Below, piece after piece: positions 1 through 8,908 of a stretch of DNA of 61,427 bases. Position 1 is the first letter of the stretch. Every line of letters begins with the position of its first letter. Where the stretch lies: positions 1 to 61,427 of the IMG/VR virus record IMGVR_UViG_3300029179_000001, one strand, 5' to 3'. The notes under the pieces were generated by a model. The model did no database searches and was not told the origin of the DNA. It worked only from the letters and a program-made list of their open reading frames with translations. A program made the translations under genes and the position numbers. The DNA is from a virus. Its lineage: Duplodnaviria; Caudoviricetes.

Positions 1-104
1 AAGCACGTTCCTGATTTGACAGTCAAGAATATATTTAGCTCTCCTGTTGAAGTCAAAACAGTCCAATGCGATCCTGCACGTGGGCGTTATGAAGAGGTAA
101 TGAT
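1..104. repeat. Terminal overlap, copy 1 (circular assembly join)
   Basis: Bases 1-104 match 61324-61427 except one C/T difference at position 6. Confidence 0.95.
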
Positions 105-441
105 CATTGCTGTGTTGACGCGCATCGCTCCACGTAACGAAAATGATCAACAAAACATCATCAAGCGGAACGGAAAGCTATATGATGCGACTGCTGAGGA
201 TGGTTCCGCTTGGGCCCTTAACATCTTTGCGCGCGATGACACTGATGAAATCTTTTGTAAGATCAATGCATGGGATTATTACCGTATGGCCCCAGCAATC
301 ATGGACCGGGGGCGCGCGGGGAAGGCAATCTATGCAATAAAGGGAACAGTTCCACAAAACTTTCGGATGATCTCTGTAAAGGCAATCCGATACCTTTGTG
401 ATGTGGATGGAATACCTGATGAACTTAAACAGGAGAAATGA
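1..441 (+). CDS. dnaE: DNA polymerase III alpha subunit, C-terminal part (continues from 58867 across the join)
   Basis: The frame KHVPDLTVKN is continuous with the open frame at the window end; OB-fold-like tail. Confidence 0.88.
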   Translation, partial: KHVPDLTVKNIFSSPVEVKTVQCDPARGRYEEVMIIAVLTRIAPRNENDQQNIIKRNGKLYDATAEDGSAWALNIFARDDTDEIFCKINAWDYYRMAPAIMDRGRAGKAIYAIKGTVPQNFRMISVKAIRYLCDVDGIPDELKQEK

Positions 442-831
442 ATGCGCAATCTTCTTGAACCAGCAGTCGACCAATACCGCATACGGACAGCGGAAGCCTT
501 TGCTATCTTCAAGGGAAGCTTCGGCAACGAGTTTGCGGGAGCGTTTCTTGTCCCCTCCCCTATCGATGGAAAAATGCTGAAGGTTCTTGCGACAATTGAT
601 GGTGAGCCGGGTGATTCTATGGAGTGGGAACACCTATCAGTGTCACGTCAGAACCGTATTCCCAACTGGACCGAAATGGATTCAATGAAGCATCTGTTCT
701 TTCTACCTGAAGAGGTTTGCTTCCAGATTCATCCTCCAGTTTCCGAACACGTCAACATTCACAACAACTGCCTTCACATTTGGAGGCCAGTCAGCGGATC
801 GATCTACATGCCGCCAAAGAGGTTTGTGTGA
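442..831 (+). CDS. Conserved phage hypothetical protein
   Basis: WEHLSVS...P.W.EM...K..FF...HPP....VN.H..CLH.W pattern common in phages; abuts the dnaE stop. Confidence 0.7.
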   Translation: MRNLLEPAVDQYRIRTAEAFAIFKGSFGNEFAGAFLVPSPIDGKMLKVLATIDGEPGDSMEWEHLSVSRQNRIPNWTEMDSMKHLFFLPEEVCFQIHPPVSEHVNIHNNCLHIWRPVSGSIYMPPKRFV

Positions 832-1043
832 TGGCTAATTACAAGTCAGACCTTATCGATGTTGAAGGGCAAATCATTTATGATAAGCCCGAGAAGAAAG
901 CCATTCTATTCAAGTGGGACGATAATAAAGAGGCTGTCTGGCTTCCCCGGTCTCAGATCGAATATGTCAAGAAGCCATCATCAAAGACCTTGTGGGTTGT
1001 AACTCTCCCGCAATGGCTCGCAGAAAGGAATGACATGCTATGA
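831..1043 (+). CDS. Hypothetical protein
   Basis: ATG at 831 coupled to the upstream TGA; WLPRSQI motif. Confidence 0.6.
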   Translation: MANYKSDLIDVEGQIIYDKPEKKAILFKWDDNKEAVWLPRSQIEYVKKPSSKTLWVVTLPQWLAERNDML

Positions 1044-1234
1044 ACAACAAACCTCTGCCCTGCCCATTTTGCGGCTTCCCTCCTGTTGTTGAAGAATGGT
1101 TGGGACGTGACAAGCGGGGCAATATCACAATCTATTGTAATCATGAGTTCTGTTCGATTGGCCCTGCAGCTATTGGACGGACATTCTCGATTGCCCTTCA
1201 ATACTGGAACACGAGGGATGGGAAACAACAATGA
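1040..1234 (+). CDS. Lar-family restriction alleviation-like Zn-finger protein
   Basis: LPCPFCG...C....C...WNTR signature. Confidence 0.65.
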   Translation: MNNKPLPCPFCGFPPVVEEWLGRDKRGNITIYCNHEFCSIGPAAIGRTFSIALQYWNTRDGKQQ

Positions 1235-1458
1235 CTCAAATACTTATTCCCTTTTCTGGGCTAGAACTGATTCAAGTTGAACCTGGAACAGTCATCAAGG
1301 ATGATAAGACGGGGGCGCAATACACTGTAACAGATGATATGTCTGTTTACCATGGAACAAAAATGTACATGACTCAAAAGGTCTATGAACAGCTCAAAGC
1401 AGTGATTCAGGAGAAGGACTATGGCAAAGACGAAAACGGAAAACCAATCCTCAACTAG
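1231..1458 (+). CDS. Hypothetical protein
   Basis: ATGA coupling to the upstream ORF. Confidence 0.55.
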   Translation: MTQILIPFSGLELIQVEPGTVIKDDKTGAQYTVTDDMSVYHGTKMYMTQKVYEQLKAVIQEKDYGKDENGKPILN

Positions 1459-1690
1459 CAATGAGCGCAAGGAGATTGAAGTGCTCAATGCTGAATACGG
1501 AAAAGGGAAGGGTTACAAGTACAAGCATGTAGATGGTAAGGACAGTTATGAGTTTGTCGAGGCGGGTGCTGCTAAGTGCCGCATAGATGGAACATGGTAC
1601 ATTGCTGTGTACTACCGCCAATCCAGCGGAATGCTTTGTTGTACTGCTGCTGACCGTTGGCGGCTAAGGTTTCAAAGGGTTTCCAAATGA
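1421..1690 (+). CDS. Hypothetical protein
   Basis: RBS (GGAGAAGGAC) upstream; stop overlaps the helicase start. Confidence 0.55.
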   Translation: MAKTKTENQSSTSNERKEIEVLNAEYGKGKGYKYKHVDGKDSYEFVEAGAAKCRIDGTWYIAVYYRQSSGMLCCTAADRWRLRFQRVSK

Positions 1691-3378
1691 GCAAGATCAA
1701 GATTGTCATCGAGAACGGATGGGCGAAAGCGGAAGCCCCTTTCCCTTATGCCTTTGTTCTGTTGGTCGCGGGATTGAGTGGCCGGAAGATTTGGAACGGA
1801 AGCAAGACTGTTTCTTTCGAAGCAATCAAGGTCAACATGAAGAAACTTGCAGCATCGAGTCTTGAGTTTGATTATGAGGATAAGGGGAACCGGCTTTCTG
1901 AACTGGCTGAGCTCGAAAACCTCGCAACGCAGAATTCATTCGTTGCAGAAGTGAAGACCCATTACAAGCCAAAGCTTCCCCTCTTTGATCACCAAAAGAA
2001 AGCAATCAATCTTTCCGCGCAACGTCAATCATATGCTTGGTTCCTTGAAATGGGATTGGGTAAGTCAGCAATTGGCATCACCAATGCAGGAATGTTGTAC
2101 AAGGAAGGTAAGCTGACTGGATGGCTAATCATCGCTCCAAAAGGCGTTCATCGCCAATGGCTAGAAGAACAAATCCCCCTTCACATGGATCCATCAATCA
2201 AGGTGAATATGATCCTTTGGCGTGGGAAAGATATTGACACACGTGTTTTCAACAAGTCTAAGGTTCTCAATATCTTCTCCATAAACATTGATGCTATACG
2301 GACACCAGATGGACGGGATTATGCGACCGATTTTCTTAGGAAGCATTCCGGGAAATCAATGATGTTGATTGATGAGAGCCACTTGATTAAGAATGGAACA
2401 GCGAGCCGGACACGTAATGCTTGGAACCTTGGAAGGATCGCAACCTATCGCCGCATCATGACTGGAACACCAATCTCCCGGAACATTGTTGATGCGTGGT
2501 CTCAGTTTATGTTCCTCAATCCAGACATCTTGGGACACAAGTATGTCGGAACTTTTAAGGCCAGGTACACAATCATGGGAGGATGGGAAGGCAGGAATAT
2601 CGTTGGCCAAAAGAACACTGAGGAGTTCTACAGCATAATTGCCCCCCACTCCTATCGTCTCACGAAGGCGGAAGCCCTCAAGCTTCCTCCCAAGATTTAT
2701 TCGAAACGTGTCTATGAGTTAGGCCCTCAAGTTAGGCGGCATTATGAAAACCTCAAGAACACGTTCATGACTGAGATGAATGATGGAAGCATTGTGGATG
2801 TAAAGTCAGCAATTGAAATGATCTTGCGCCTCCAGCAAGTTGTTTGCGGATACCTTCCTATTGGCGAGGGGGAGGTTGAGGTTATTTCAGATGAACGAGT
2901 TCAAGTCCTACTTGACATTGTGGAGCAAATTGAAGGGAAGATTATTATCTGGGCACGCTTCATCGAGGATATCAAGCGCATTGAGGCAGCACTTAAGAAA
3001 GCTTCCAACCAGAAGATTGTAACCTATTACGGCGCAACAAAGTCCAAGGACCGGGAAGCAGCAGTCAACAGATTCAATTACGGTGATGCTCGTTTCTTTA
3101 TCTCCAATCCAGCAGCAGGCGGTACAGGACTCAATCTACAAATTAGTGGATGCACGGACGTTATCTATTACAGCAATGACTTCGATGCCCTTCACCGTTG
3201 GCAATCCGAGGATCGTGTTCACCGGATGGGAACTGTAGGAGCAGTCAACTACTATGATTTGATTGCCCGGAACACTGTTGACAAGATGCTGCTCTCAAAC
3301 CTTCAACGCAAGAAGAACATATCCAGTTTGACGCTGGACGAAATACGCTTAGCAATCTCTCAAGGAGAAGAACAATGA
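1687..3378 (+). CDS. SNF2-family (SF2) DNA helicase
   Basis: EMGLGKS (motif I), DESH (II), MTGTP (III), GGTGLNL (V), QSEDRVHRMG (VI). Confidence 0.93.
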   Translation: MSKIKIVIENGWAKAEAPFPYAFVLLVAGLSGRKIWNGSKTVSFEAIKVNMKKLAASSLEFDYEDKGNRLSELAELENLATQNSFVAEVKTHYKPKLPLFDHQKKAINLSAQRQSYAWFLEMGLGKSAIGITNAGMLYKEGKLTGWLIIAPKGVHRQWLEEQIPLHMDPSIKVNMILWRGKDIDTRVFNKSKVLNIFSINIDAIRTPDGRDYATDFLRKHSGKSMMLIDESHLIKNGTASRTRNAWNLGRIATYRRIMTGTPISRNIVDAWSQFMFLNPDILGHKYVGTFKARYTIMGGWEGRNIVGQKNTEEFYSIIAPHSYRLTKAEALKLPPKIYSKRVYELGPQVRRHYENLKNTFMTEMNDGSIVDVKSAIEMILRLQQVVCGYLPIGEGEVEVISDERVQVLLDIVEQIEGKIIIWARFIEDIKRIEAALKKASNQKIVTYYGATKSKDREAAVNRFNYGDARFFISNPAAGGTGLNLQISGCTDVIYYSNDFDALHRWQSEDRVHRMGTVGAVNYYDLIARNTVDKMLLSNLQRKKNISSLTLDEIRLAISQGEEQ

Positions 3379-4487
3379 CCTTCGATCACTACAAAGTGCT
3401 CGCTCAAAAGCGGCTTCCCAAAATGTTCTTCGATTACATTGAAGGAGGATCGTGGGATGAGTCGGGTGTTCGGCGGAACCGGGAAGCGATAGATGGGATT
3501 GAGGTCATTCACAGGGTCTGCGTTCCTTGGGATAATCTTTCGCTTGAAACGAGAATTGTGACTCAGAAATCCTCAATGCCTGTTTATCTTTCGCCTTGCG
3601 GATTGACTGGAATGTTACGTGCCAATGGTGAAATTCTAGCTGCCAAGGCCGCTGCTGAAATAAACATTCCATATTGCTATTCTATGATGAGCATCAATGA
3701 CTTGACGTACATTCCTAATCCGCCAGAATGGAACAAGCTTTGGTTTCAACTTTATCCATTGAAGGATCGAAAGATTATGGAATGGATGATTGATCAAGCC
3801 AAGTTCAAGGAATGCTCTGCACTTGTCCTTACACTCGATGCTCCTGTTATTGGAACACGAATGCGTGATATACAAAATGGGCTTTCCGTTCCTCCCCGCT
3901 TTAAGATGAAACACATTTCACAAGTCATGTCCAAGCCCTTTTGGTTTATGGATCAGATGTCGAGTGATAGCTACACCTATCAATTCCTTTCCCGCGCGCT
4001 AGGCGGAGGCACGATCCCTTCCCTTAGTTCTTGGGTCAAGACTCAAGCTGATCCAACTTGGGACTGGGATGGGGTTAAATGGATAAGGAACATTTGGAGC
4101 CGGAAGCTAATTCTGAAAGGGCTTCTCCATATCCATGATGTAGCTTCAGCATTCAAGATAGGAGCAGACGCTGTGATTCTATCTAATCATGGAGCGAGAC
4201 AACTCAATTTCTCTAGCGCTCCTGTTGATGTATTGTCAGAAATCGCCCGCCAGTTTCCGAAGAATGAAATTATGATTGATGGTGGAGTACAAAGTGGATG
4301 CGATGTTGCGAGACTTCTTGGATTGGGAGCTACAGCGGTAGGAATTGGACGGGCATATTTGTACGCACTCGCGGGCAGCGGGCAAAATGGAGTTTCTTCC
4401 TTCCTTTCCTCAATGAGCCATGACCTTCTTTCGGCGCAAATTCTAGCAGGGATTGAGTCCCGCTCCCGCTCGCTAGGGGAGGTTTAG
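3375..4487 (+). CDS. lldD: FMN-dependent alpha-hydroxy-acid dehydrogenase (L-lactate dehydrogenase LldD-like)
   Basis: FDYIEGG, WFQLY, TLD...G.R.RD, LILKG, SNHGARQL, DGG..SG.D and GRAYLY motifs. Confidence 0.88.
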   Translation: MTFDHYKVLAQKRLPKMFFDYIEGGSWDESGVRRNREAIDGIEVIHRVCVPWDNLSLETRIVTQKSSMPVYLSPCGLTGMLRANGEILAAKAAAEINIPYCYSMMSINDLTYIPNPPEWNKLWFQLYPLKDRKIMEWMIDQAKFKECSALVLTLDAPVIGTRMRDIQNGLSVPPRFKMKHISQVMSKPFWFMDQMSSDSYTYQFLSRALGGGTIPSLSSWVKTQADPTWDWDGVKWIRNIWSRKLILKGLLHIHDVASAFKIGADAVILSNHGARQLNFSSAPVDVLSEIARQFPKNEIMIDGGVQSGCDVARLLGLGATAVGIGRAYLYALAGSGQNGVSSFLSSMSHDLLSAQILAGIESRSRSLGEV

Positions 4488-4755
4488 GACGTTTCGCCGG
4501 AAGCCCTTCTAGGATCGAAGGGTGACACCGCCCGCTGGCCGTTCAGGGGAGGAAGGGGATTAGAAGCCCCTCCCCGCTCCCGGTAGCGTAGCGGCTTCCT
4601 AGCGTGCTAGGCTCTAGGACACGAAAGTCTCCATAATTCTTGTGTTTTTGGGTGTCTCTCCCTCCCGTCCCCTCATACATCCCTATATGGGCCTATATAT
4701 AAAGACAGCATTAACCTAGCTCGCTGGTATCCTCCTAGGGCTCACTTTCTTTCTT

Positions 4756-4782
4756 TCTTTCTAACATATTTCAGCGTATAAC
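4756..4782 (+). promoter_or_regulatory. Candidate early promoter
   Basis: Pyrimidine tract then TATAAC upstream of the early array; TCTTTCTAACA..TTTCAGC recurs at 43782-43799. Confidence 0.35.
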
Positions 4783-5164
4783 ACTGCGTGTTAGTGAGAG
4801 CGGAACGCCCCTAACCTGCTGTTTGAAATGTAAATCGATCTTGAGGCTTTCCGTGACCAAGTCACAGGATTAGCGCCTCTCCCCTTTCCCCCTCGCCAGC
4901 GCTCGACAGTAGCCAGAGCCGGGAAACGTCTTTAGCCCTATCCGCCGCGATATGATCGCGGGTTTCCGAATAGGCCATAAGCAGAGGGAAGGCAGATAAG
5001 CTAACCGCCGCAGTGTCCCAAGCCCCTCACTCCCGCTCCCGCTTCTCTAGCGCGCGAACGGTAGGCCCTAGAGCCGAGCAGTTGAGTTGATCCCGCTTCT
5101 AATTGAAATTGTAAACGTCTAACCCGGAACACCCTAGCAAGGTGTTTCGATAACATCCGCAAAA

Positions 5165-5241
5165 TCGAAACAAAGAGGGAAGCGACCGCGTTTCCTTCTT
5201 TGTATTGCGTGTTGAGCAAACGCAACTGATGAGAAGCTCAA
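5165..5241 (+). ncRNA. Hammerhead ribozyme, type II with pseudoknot
   Basis: C-GAAA (5166-70), long stem III, GUA cleavage triplet (5202-04), stem I UUGCGU/ACGCAA, CUGAUGA-G (5226-33); loop I UUGAGC pairs with 3' GCUCAA. Confidence 0.88.
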
Positions 5242-5259
5242 ACAAAAAGGACCACGACA

Positions 5260-5490
5260 ATGAATATCGAAATCATCAATGCTGACTTCCTCTCAATGTT
5301 CAAGGGAAAGGAGCGACCGATGAACAAGCCTAGCATCGGGGAATTTTTCAACTACACAATCCGTACTCCTCGCGGGATTGAGGCGGATAGCCTTCGCTTC
5401 TCTCAAACATCAGCACAAGCTGATCATTCTGAAGAGGTTGCGCGCCGCGAATACCTTGCGCGCTACTCGTTGACGCTGGAGGCTTTGTAA
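5260..5490 (+). CDS. Early hypothetical protein
   Basis: AAAGGACC RBS; first ORF after the ribozyme. Confidence 0.65.
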   Translation: MNIEIINADFLSMFKGKERPMNKPSIGEFFNYTIRTPRGIEADSLRFSQTSAQADHSEEVARREYLARYSLTLEAL

Positions 5491-5693
5491 TGAGCTGGAA
5501 GCGCAATCAAACTGGATGGATTGTGAAACATTGCAACCTTCACGGAGTCATGACAATCTACTATGAGCCAATGACTGTTGTTGAAGTGGATAAAAACGGA
5601 CACATCAAACTGTATCGCAAGGGACACAACGAAAACCGGCACCACAAGTCCAAAAAGGCTTTCAATGAAAGCTTCGTTCATAACAGGAGCTAG
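5490..5693 (+). CDS. Early hypothetical protein
   Basis: TAATG coupling with a GGAGG RBS. Confidence 0.6.
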   Translation: MSWKRNQTGWIVKHCNLHGVMTIYYEPMTVVEVDKNGHIKLYRKGHNENRHHKSKKAFNESFVHNRS

Positions 5694-5696
5694 CTG

Positions 5697-5867
5697 ATGG
5701 AAATCCTGATTGCTATCTGGCTCATGCGCCGCGCCTATCATGGTGTGTGGCCATTTGAATTTCTCCGGCTCAAAGACGGGACATCTGCAAAAGACCATTT
5801 TGTTTCAACCGTCCCCGCACGTGCGGAGAAACCCAACCTCACTCTCATCAAAGGATCGAAACAATGA
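5697..5867 (+). CDS. Small early protein (56 aa, not in ORF track)
   Basis: AGGAG RBS; MEILIAIWLMRR...KGSKQ; stop overlaps the next ATG. Confidence 0.55.
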   Translation: MEILIAIWLMRRAYHGVWPFEFLRLKDGTSAKDHFVSTVPARAEKPNLTLIKGSKQ

Positions 5868-5971
5868 CTGAACGTCAAATTCACTACACCCTCATTGCGG
5901 GCTTATTGCTTGCTATCTCTGTCTGCTGGATTGTTGGAGGCTTCCTTGGCCTAGGGGAGTTGCCACAATGA
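5864..5971 (+). CDS. Small membrane peptide (35 aa, not in ORF track)
   Basis: AAAGGA RBS; ATGA overlaps at both ends; one hydrophobic helix. Confidence 0.55.
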   Translation: MTERQIHYTLIAGLLLAISVCWIVGGFLGLGELPQ

Positions 5972-6696
5972 CCCTTACCCCTGAACAACGGCGATCTATC
6001 GCAGACAAGATAAAAGCCCTTCTCTCTAAGACAGTCGACAACGGTGCCAGTGAAGCGGAAGCAATGGCTGCCGTTATGATGGCTCAAAAGCTTATGGATA
6101 AATATCAAATCACCATGAGTGAAACTGAGGTGCAAGAGGAAGGCTTCTTGCATGAATCAATTAAGATAACCGATTGCTATCACCGCTGGTTCTGTCATGG
6201 AACAGTGAATGCTATTGCTGAACTGACCAATACAAGAGCGATCTATCACGGCAGCAAAAGCATCTTGTTCTATGGTTATGGGCAAGATGTTGAGTTTGCG
6301 TCTTGGGTCTATCGCTCCCTGCGTGACCTTATCGTGAAGGCATCTGTTCAGCATTCGAATTCTGATCCTGAAAATTCCTCCTACATGCTGCGCAAGTCAT
6401 TTATCTTTGGCGCTGCTTCCCGGATTTCCTCCCGCATGTACAAGGAAGTGCGCGAACGCGAAGCCGCGCGGGAAGGGTTTAGCAAAAGCACAGCTCTTGT
6501 TGTTGTCGACAGAGGGACTTTGGTCGACAACAAGATTAAAGAAATGTTCCCCAAGCTAGGGAAAGCAAGCCATCAAAGCTCAAGGAACCTATCCGTGGAA
6601 GCCTTCCGCGCTGGTCAAGCCAAGGGCGATAATGCCCGCTGGGACAAGCCAATTGAAACTAAGCCTAGCCACAACATCAAACTGATCAACAACTAG
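5968..6696 (+). CDS. DUF2786-domain protein
   Basis: KIKALL......ASEAEA..A...AQKLM.KY N-terminus; RKSF..G C-terminal motif. Confidence 0.75.
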   Translation: MTLTPEQRRSIADKIKALLSKTVDNGASEAEAMAAVMMAQKLMDKYQITMSETEVQEEGFLHESIKITDCYHRWFCHGTVNAIAELTNTRAIYHGSKSILFYGYGQDVEFASWVYRSLRDLIVKASVQHSNSDPENSSYMLRKSFIFGAASRISSRMYKEVREREAAREGFSKSTALVVVDRGTLVDNKIKEMFPKLGKASHQSSRNLSVEAFRAGQAKGDNARWDKPIETKPSHNIKLINN

Positions 6697-6713
6697 AGAA
6701 AGGACCGACTACA

Positions 6714-7103
6714 ATGAACAAGGACCGCAGACAGGAAATTTCTGATGTGCTCAACTACATTGTGAGTTTCACATCTTCACTCGAACAATTGTTCGATCAG
6801 GAATTTGCTGTAAGTTTTGAACATGGAAAATCAAGAACTGTCAAGACAGAAACAGCAAACATCGTTCAACACCTTGAACGGATCAAGGAAGATATTGAAG
6901 ACATCAAGAATGCTGAGGAGGAATACAAGGACAATCTCCCGGAAAACCTTCAGTCAAGTGAACGGGCGGGGCAATCTGAAAATGCTATCTCTTCCCTTGA
7001 AGATGCCTACAGTGCTATCGAGGAAACCCTTGAGTGGTTTACGAATGAAGAAGCGGACAGCAAGCTTCAAGAAGCAATTGATGCATTGGGAGGGATTGAA
7101 TGA
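6714..7103 (+). CDS. Acidic helical conserved phage protein
   Basis: MNK.RR... and EEEY.DNLPENLQ.SER pattern; AAAGGACC RBS. Confidence 0.65.
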   Translation: MNKDRRQEISDVLNYIVSFTSSLEQLFDQEFAVSFEHGKSRTVKTETANIVQHLERIKEDIEDIKNAEEEYKDNLPENLQSSERAGQSENAISSLEDAYSAIEETLEWFTNEEADSKLQEAIDALGGIE

Positions 7104-7318
7104 AAAGACGTGATGAAATCCCTACTTGCTACACTCGCAAGAGCCTGCGTCAGTCAACCAATGCTCAAGATGAGAAGCTGAAAGAGCTAAAGGCCAAAAT
7201 GATTGGCCTCACAATCTTCGGAACCGTCAAGGCTGCGACTAGGCATCATGTGTTCCTAATCGAGCGTGATGGCTTCGTGTCGATGAAAGCTAAGGCGTAT
7301 GCGAGGTGGGTCCGATGA
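7100..7318 (+). CDS. Hypothetical protein
   Basis: ATGA-coupled at both ends. Confidence 0.55.
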   Translation: MKRRDEIPTCYTRKSLRQSTNAQDEKLKELKAKMIGLTIFGTVKAATRHHVFLIERDGFVSMKAKAYARWVR

Positions 7319-7692
7319 CGCGCATCAATGTTGTTCCTCCTGGCGAGCTATCCCGGCTCCACTTAATTGCGGAATACCGGGAGTTGCCGAGAATTTTTAA
7401 TCTTGTGAAGGCAGCTCAAGGGAAGGGGCACACGCCGCAAACCCTCAGCAAGAAAATTCCTCCCCATTACACAATGGGGAAGGGACATGTACTGTTTTTC
7501 TTCGACAAATTGGCTTGGCTAGAGAAGCGGTACAATGCTGTTGTCCGGGAAATGATTTGTCGTGGATACAACACCCGCTATCAATATCCCCCAACAGCAG
7601 GCATCAACAGGAAATGGTTCGGCGATTATCGCCCAACCAACATTGCACGCGAAATCAACCGTCAACGAATCAAGGAAAGGACCAAGACATGA
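7315..7692 (+). CDS. denV: Pyrimidine-dimer DNA glycosylase (T4 endonuclease V family)
   Basis: MTRIN N-terminus, AEYRELPRIF, Y.MG.GHV.FF.DKL. Confidence 0.92.
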   Translation: MTRINVVPPGELSRLHLIAEYRELPRIFNLVKAAQGKGHTPQTLSKKIPPHYTMGKGHVLFFFDKLAWLEKRYNAVVREMICRGYNTRYQYPPTAGINRKWFGDYRPTNIAREINRQRIKERTKT

Positions 7693-7976
7693 GTAAGCAA
7701 GACATGAGTAAGAAAGTGTTGACTGAACTTGAATGGGAGTATGTCGCCAATGAAGCAATCTTCTTCCAGCTTGAAGACAAGATCAATGAGTTGGATCCTG
7801 AATCATCGCCCGAAGAAATCGCCGCCCACAAAGTGACGGTTCAAGAAGAGGCGTTCGCAATCGCGTATGAGCGATTGAAATCGATGGGACAAAGACACAA
7901 GGAAGCCTTTGCCATCGCCAAGAGAGTCAGCCAACGCTACGGCATTGCGGTGACTCATCACGATCAAAACCTGTAA
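7689..7976 (+). CDS. Hypothetical protein
   Basis: AAAGGACCA RBS; ATGA overlap with denV. Confidence 0.55.
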   Translation: MSKQDMSKKVLTELEWEYVANEAIFFQLEDKINELDPESSPEEIAAHKVTVQEEAFAIAYERLKSMGQRHKEAFAIAKRVSQRYGIAVTHHDQNL

Positions 7977-7998
7977 CCCTAAAGAAAGGACTACCAAG

Positions 7999-8895
7999 AT
8001 GACGACCATTGCAACAATTGTTCCAGCTCCTGTTGAACGCGCACTCTTAGAGCGGCCCAATGGGTTCACCAACATGCGCAATTTGCGCCGCCCGCTTACG
8101 GAAGATGAGATGAAGCAATATGCTTCCTCTCTTTTTGCGAAGCACAAGCACGATTCACGCAGCGAGAAATACACGTACATTCCAACCATCGACATTATCC
8201 GCTCCTTGCGCAAGGAAGGGTGGGAAGTGTACGCAGTCTCTCAAGGTGGAGCACGCGCTAAGGAGCGGCGTGGCTTCACAAAGCACCTTGTGCGCATGCG
8301 CCGTCCTAATGAAGAGGTCAAGGCAATCGGCGACACTGTTGGTGAGCTAATCCTCCGCAATGCTCACGATGGGACATCGTCCTACAAGATGCAATGTGGA
8401 TGGTTCCGCTTAGTCTGTCTGAATGGAATGATTTCCTCCGACAAGGAGCATCCTGAATTCTCGATCAAGTTCCCTCACCGTGGCGACATCATTCGTGAAG
8501 TCACGGATTCATCGTACAAGATTATCGGCCAGATGAAAATTGCCGCCGATCAAATCAAGGCGATGAAGGGGCTTCAGTTGAATCTCAAGGACCAGCGTTG
8601 GCTTGCTAACGAGGCAATCAAGCTTCGCCATGAAGATCACGTCATTGCCGTCTTGACTGCTGACTCTGTCCTGACTGCAAGACGCAAGGAGGATACGGGC
8701 AATGATCTCTGGAACACGTTCAATCGTATTCAGGAGAACATCACGAAGGGCGGACAACGCTATTACACCTTCGAAGGAAATGAGCAGCGGCGCAATACGA
8801 CGCGCGCATTGACTGGCGTTGTTGCTGATACGAAGGTGAATAGTGGGTTGTGGAGCCTTGCTGCCGATCTGCTTCACAAGAGAAGCGCCAACTAG
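7999..8895 (+). CDS. DUF932-family protein
   Basis: RS.KY.YIPT, FTKH.VR.R, N.HDG.SSY, FR.VC.NG, DLW..FNRIQEN. Confidence 0.88.
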   Translation: MTTIATIVPAPVERALLERPNGFTNMRNLRRPLTEDEMKQYASSLFAKHKHDSRSEKYTYIPTIDIIRSLRKEGWEVYAVSQGGARAKERRGFTKHLVRMRRPNEEVKAIGDTVGELILRNAHDGTSSYKMQCGWFRLVCLNGMISSDKEHPEFSIKFPHRGDIIREVTDSSYKIIGQMKIAADQIKAMKGLQLNLKDQRWLANEAIKLRHEDHVIAVLTADSVLTARRKEDTGNDLWNTFNRIQENITKGGQRYYTFEGNEQRRNTTRALTGVVADTKVNSGLWSLAADLLHKRSAN

Positions 8896-8908
8896 ACCAA
8901 TGTAATGA

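Noticed and set aside
1-104. Biological direct terminal repeat
   Set aside because: It lies inside the dnaE coding frame, so an assembly overlap is more likely.
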